Shown: positions 28,577-40,000 of the stretch, in pieces
How positions within the stretch are numbered: the stretch's first letter is position 1
Layout: every line of letters begins with the position of its first letter
NCBI GenBank assembly: GCA_965226665.1
Contig: OZ245371.1
Span: 183,929 to 223,928, forward strand
DNA length: 40,000 nucleotides
Source of the DNA: Rivularia sp. (in: cyanobacteria)
GTDB lineage: Bacteria > Cyanobacteriota > Cyanobacteriia > Cyanobacteriales > Nostocaceae
Direction: 5' to 3'
The notes under the pieces: model-generated
What the model was told of the DNA's origin: nothing
The model's input: the letters and a program-made list of their open reading frames with translations, nothing else
Database searches by the model: none
Program-made: the position numbers and the translations under genes

Positions 28577-30101
28577 CTCCCCTTCCGCTAGAAGATTACC
28601 TTTTATTTATAATTTATATTGCATAAATAAAATTCGGTCTGCATCATGCTAAAACCTTTACGGAATAGAACTTTTAGGCTGGAAACTCACCAGTTAGATA
28701 TGAATTTATGGCAACATTTGTACTACAAGCACCAACAAGAATATATACGAAAAAGATTATTAGCGATTAAATATTTATATGAAGGAAAGAGTCGAATCGA
28801 AGTATCACAGCTATTAGATTGTCATTATAAAACCATTACTTCTTGGATAGATAAGTTTATAGAAGGAGGATTAAACTTATTAGTAAAGCCAATTACTCAT
28901 CAAAAAGAGTCAAGATTAAACCCAGGACAGAAACATGAATTGAAAGGAATGCTACTTTCGGAGAAACCTATAGATTATGGGATTGATAGAAATATTTGGA
29001 CAGGGCAAATTATTAGTAAAATCATTGAATTAAAATGGGGAGTAAAACTGAAAAAAACAAGAATATATGAGATATTAAATGAATTAAATTTATCATACCA
29101 AAAAGCACATAGAGACTATGCTAACGCCCTCCTAAGAACAGCAAAAGTTATTTATAAACCAGTTAAAAAAAACTCAAATATAAAGAAGAATTAGAAAAAA
29201 TAGTATTCTTCGATGAATTTGCTGTTTATGACCGCCCAAGCATTTTTTACGGGTGGGCTGAAAAGAATACACGTCCTGAAATACCTAGTAATGAAAAAGG
29301 GCGGAGAAATAAATTGAATGGAATGATTGCTGTAGATGCATCTACGGGTGAAGAATACTTAAAATTGAAAGAAAAATCAAAAACTGAGGATGTTTCAAGC
29401 TATTTTGCACAATTATCTCAAGATTGCGTTAAAGAAGGATTTCATAAATTGACTGTCATTTTAGATAATAACTCTACACATAAAAATAAAATGAAATCTC
29501 AGTTGCACACACATCTTCATGATTTCAATATTCAAGACAAAATTGTTGTAGACTTTATTCATACTCCGACCTATTCCCCTAACTTTAATTTAGTTGAATA
29601 TATTATTCATCTTTTAAGACTTCAACTACTACATCATCTCCCATTAGGTGTAAATATTCAACAAGTCCAAGAAAAATTAGAGAATTACAAGTTTAACCAG
29701 CTTCAAACACCAGAACAAATCCAAAATATAATTAGACATATCTACGCTTTAGTCTAATAACAATTAAATATAAATACAATTAATAATAAAAATCTTGTTT
29801 ATTGAGATATCAATCTTACCTCAATAAATGAATGGAAATTTTGTTTTTTATAATTTTATGTTCAAACAGATTAATTATCAATAATATTTTTTTGTATAAA
29901 CCCCGAAAACAGAACAAATCTATCGCCCAAATGGATCATGAACAATTGTGGTTGTGGTGATTTGTTGTTTTTGGGGTTCCCCCGAGTGTAGAAATGGTTT
30001 CCGAGTCTTCTATGAAAACAGATTACTTCTTCGAGTTAAAGGATTATCTCTTATGTAATCATGAATATTACATTATAGGTTTTTTTATAGCGGGAAGGGA
30101 G
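28577..30101 (+). mobile_element. IS630-family insertion sequence (boundaries tentative)
   Basis: The transposase lies inside. The candidate terminal inverted repeats CTCCCCTTCCGCTA (28577-) and TAGCGGGAAGGGAG (-30101) match at 12 of 14 positions and are each flanked by TA, the IS630 target. Caveat: the termini resemble the CTACTCC STRR motif, and the 340-bp non-coding tail is unusual. Confidence 0.5.
28646..29757 (+). CDS. IS630-family DDE transposase in two frames joined at an A8 run (29165-29172); requires a -1 shift
   Basis: orfA (28646..29194) has the HTH region. The downstream frame reads KKKLKYKEELEKIVFFDEFAV...ILDNNSTHK...YSPNFNLVEY, which supplies the D, D and E residues. Confidence 0.8.
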
Positions 30102-30137
30102 TAATTTAATTTGTATTTATACAGAAGTAATTAAACA

Positions 30138-30172
30138 TCAAAAAACCCTCCAGAATATCACAGAAGGGTTTT
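30138..30172 (-). terminator. terminator hairpin downstream of 5S rRNA (operon 1)
   Basis: The minus strand reads AACCCT-N15-AGGGTT followed by a T-run. Confidence 0.55.
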
Positions 30173-30188
30173 TGTTTTAAATTATGAA

Positions 30189-30306
30189 CCTGGCACCGAG
30201 CTATTTTCACAGGAGGCAACCCTCCAACTATCGTCGCCGCAACGGCGTTTCACCTCTGAGTTCGGGATGGAATCAGTGTGGTTCCACCGTGCCATAGGCA
30301 CCAGGA
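30189..30306 (-). rRNA. rrf: 5S ribosomal RNA (operon 1)
   Basis: The reverse complement TCCTGGTGCCTATGGCACGGTGGAACCACACTGATTCCATCCCGAACTCAG...CTCGGTGCCAGG matches the conserved 5S sequence. Confidence 0.9.
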
Positions 30307-30402
30307 AACTTGTAGGGAATACAGAGTCCCTGAAGGCTGCAGATTCACGCGAATAATTTTGTTTGTATGATTAATATCTTTATGTAGAAGATCGTTAAAA
30401 GA

Positions 30403-33224
<2,822 letters not shown>

Positions 33225-33441
33225 ACAAAGATCTTCCAATACAATCATTTAAACAAAATAGGATATCTAGATACTTTCCTTAACTACTTAAAGTAATCAA
33301 GGACTACCTAAAATCATTTCGCGTGAATATGCAGTTTTCAAGGTTCTGACTGGATAATTATCCAGCATTCCGACTTTTATATAAGTCTGGGTGCTGAAAT
33401 ATTTCCGCTTATGACTTTACTTATAACTAATAAGAAGAATT

Positions 33442-33517
33442 TGGTGGAGGTAAGCGGACTCGAACCGCTGACATCTGCCTTGCAAAGGCAGCGCTCTACC
33501 AACTGAGCTATACCCCC
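33442..33517 (-). tRNA. tRNA-Ala(UGC), CCA encoded
   Basis: The reverse complement GGGGGTATAGCTCAGTTGGTAGAGCGCTGCCTTTGCAAGGCAGATGTCAGCGGTTCGAGTCCGCTTACCTCCACCA folds as a cloverleaf. Confidence 0.95.
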
Positions 33518-33554
33518 ATGCAACAAGTCAAAAATTACTTTTTACTTGTTCAGG

Positions 33555-33628
<74 letters not shown>

Positions 33629-33811
33629 ATAAGTGATAATCAATTAACTAATTAATCTATTTATTTAATAAATAATTAACTAATTAATTACCGAACCTAT
33701 AATTGTTTGAAAGCCAAAAATATTACCAAAATCTGCGTCACGACCTGGGATGTACCAACTCATCATTTAATTGCATAATACTTTCAATGTATGAGGGTTA
33801 GGTCTCCCTGA

Positions 33812-35297
<1,486 letters not shown>

Positions 35298-35511
35298 TGA
35301 TGGATACAATACTTAGAATTCAGTTATATTCATAACTACCTAAGCACTGTTTTGTCCTTGACTGACTATTTTTAAACCTTAGTCTCGGTTAATTACTTTA
35401 CTAACGCAGACCTTTTATGGTATGCTGGCTTTCAAACAAATATATGATTTTCTTGGTTCGGAACCCTTGAGGAGTCGGCGTTTCGCTTTTCTCTCTCTCA
35501 GGCACTTATAC

Positions 35512-35540
35512 ATAGTACCGAGACAACCCCTTCGTGTCAA
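35512..35540 (-). promoter_or_regulatory. candidate rrn promoter (TTGACA-N17-TACTAT) for operon 1
   Basis: The minus strand reads TTGACACGAAGGGGTTGTCTCGGTACTAT about 210 nt upstream of the 16S 5' end. Confidence 0.5.
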
Positions 35541-35990
35541 TACTTTTTTCTAAGTTTTTTGGGATTAGTTTTTTCGTTATCGCTGTAATCCTTGCAATAC
35601 ATGGGTTTTAACATCTGAAAAAACTTTACTCAATGGTTTTTTTAAATGCATTCTATTTTAAAGATTTGTAATATCGAGCAAAAGCTATCAAAATCGAATG
35701 GTTTGAAAAAAAGGATAGTTTAAAAACCCTTTCATTTCATTATCTCCACAGTTTTAGGTCAGATACTGCAAACCAACACAAGAGCTAATGATTTAACGCA
35801 CGTCAATGTGTAAGCAGTATGAATAAAATAGTTGTTAAGCACATTTCGCGAGATGATTTCGTTTATTCGTGCTGAGTTAATTAAAAAGTTCTTAATTTTC
35901 TTTGAATACAACTTTGAGTTAGCTTTTTAGCAGGTAGATAGCAAATTTTAGGCTTATGCGTCTACATCTAATGGATAAAGCTGGAAGAAG

Positions 35991-36048
35991 CGAAAAAAAA
36001 CAACAAATAAAACCCTCCTGAGTATTACAGAAGGGTTTTATTTGTTGT
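35991..36048 (-). terminator. strong terminator hairpin downstream of 5S rRNA (operon 2)
   Basis: A 16-bp perfect stem forms between CAACAAATAAAACCCT and AGGGTTTTATTTGTTG, followed by T8 on the minus strand. Confidence 0.65.
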
Positions 36049-36066
36049 TTTGTTTAGAATTAAAAA

Positions 36067-36184
36067 CCTGGCACCGAGCTATTTTCACAGGAGGCAACCC
36101 TCCAACTATCGTCGCCGCAACGGCGTTTCACCTCTGAGTTCGGGATGGAATCAGTGTGGTTCCACCGTGCCATAGGCACCAGGA
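36067..36184 (-). rRNA. rrf: 5S ribosomal RNA (operon 2)
   Basis: Appears identical to 30189-30306 at an offset of 5,878. Confidence 0.9.
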
Positions 36185-36280
36185 AACTTGTAGGGAATAC
36201 AGAGTCCCTGAAGGCTGCAGATTCACGCGAATAATTTTGTTTTTATGATAAATATCTTTATGTAGAAGATCAATTGATGA

Positions 36281-39102
<2,822 letters not shown>

Positions 39103-39319
39103 ACAAAGATCTTCCAATACAATCATTTAAACAAAATAGGATATCTAGATACTTTCCTTAACTACTTAAAGTAATCAAGGACTACCTAAAATCATTTCGC
39201 GTGAATATGCAGTTTTCAAGGTTCTGACTGGATAATTATCCAGCATTCCGACTTTTATATAAGTCTGGGTGCTGAAATATTTCCGCTTATGACTCTACTT
39301 ATAACTAATAAGAAGAATT

Positions 39320-39395
39320 TGGTGGAGGTAAGCGGACTCGAACCGCTGACATCTGCCTTGCAAAGGCAGCGCTCTACCAACTGAGCTATACCCCC
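39320..39395 (-). tRNA. tRNA-Ala(UGC)
   Basis: Appears identical to 33442-33517. Confidence 0.95.
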
Positions 39396-39432
39396 ATGCA
39401 ACAAGTCAAAAATTACTTTTTACTTGTTCAGG

Positions 39433-39506
<74 letters not shown>

Positions 39507-39689
39507 ATAAGTGATAATCAATTAACTAATTAATCTATTTATTTAATAAATAATTAACTAATTAATTACCGAACCTATAATTGTTTGAAAGCCAAAAATA
39601 TTACCAAAATCTGCGTCACGACCTGGGATGTACCAACTCATCATTTAATTGCATAATGCTTTCAATGTATGAGGGTTAGGTCTCCCTGA

Positions 39690-40000
<311 letters not shown>

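Overview
This window is a chromosomal segment of a filamentous, Nostocales-type cyanobacterium. The evidence is many GCGATCGC (HIP1) palindromes, heptameric STRR-like tandem repeats after almost every gene, petG, crtE, pentapeptide-repeat and Uma2 genes, and rRNA operons with tRNA-Ile/tRNA-Ala spacers. No genus is claimed. The layout has four parts. (1) 1-7,000: housekeeping genes (DUF212, crtE, folD, NUDIX, a pentapeptide protein, an AI-2E transporter). (2) 7,100-12,600: a repeat-riddled accessory patch. It holds a PD-(D/E)xK-like protein, two tandem mosaic paralogs of an uncharacterised family plus the stub of a third, an AAA-ATPase fragment, a ~200-bp inverted-repeat pair with a perfect 21-nt core, and many copies of a GTAGGTTGGGTTAGACGC hairpin element. 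(3) 12,800-28,600: mutS, a Fur/PerR-like remnant divergent from a type II peroxiredoxin, parDE, an ABC exporter, an AT-rich PLD/HKD-nuclease gene, two Uma2 genes, a c-type cytochrome, petG, rsmD, hisH and a DUF3370-like gene. (4) 28,600-40,000: an IS630-family element, then two directly repeated, near-identical rRNA operons (5S-23S-tRNAAla-tRNAIle-16S on the minus strand, period 5,878 bp). The second operon runs off the window. Four conserved genes (crtE, mutS, hisH, DUF3370-like) are each split by a single-nucleotide-scale frameshift. I suspect consensus indel errors but cannot exclude real decay. No complete, recognisable novel multi-gene system is demonstrable from sequence alone. The best leads are the paralog array with its structured repeat family, the inverted-repeat-bounded segment, the orphaned prx promoter region and the PLD-like gene. 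All coordinates of RNA ends, repeats and frameshift sites were derived by eye and may be off by a few nucleotides.
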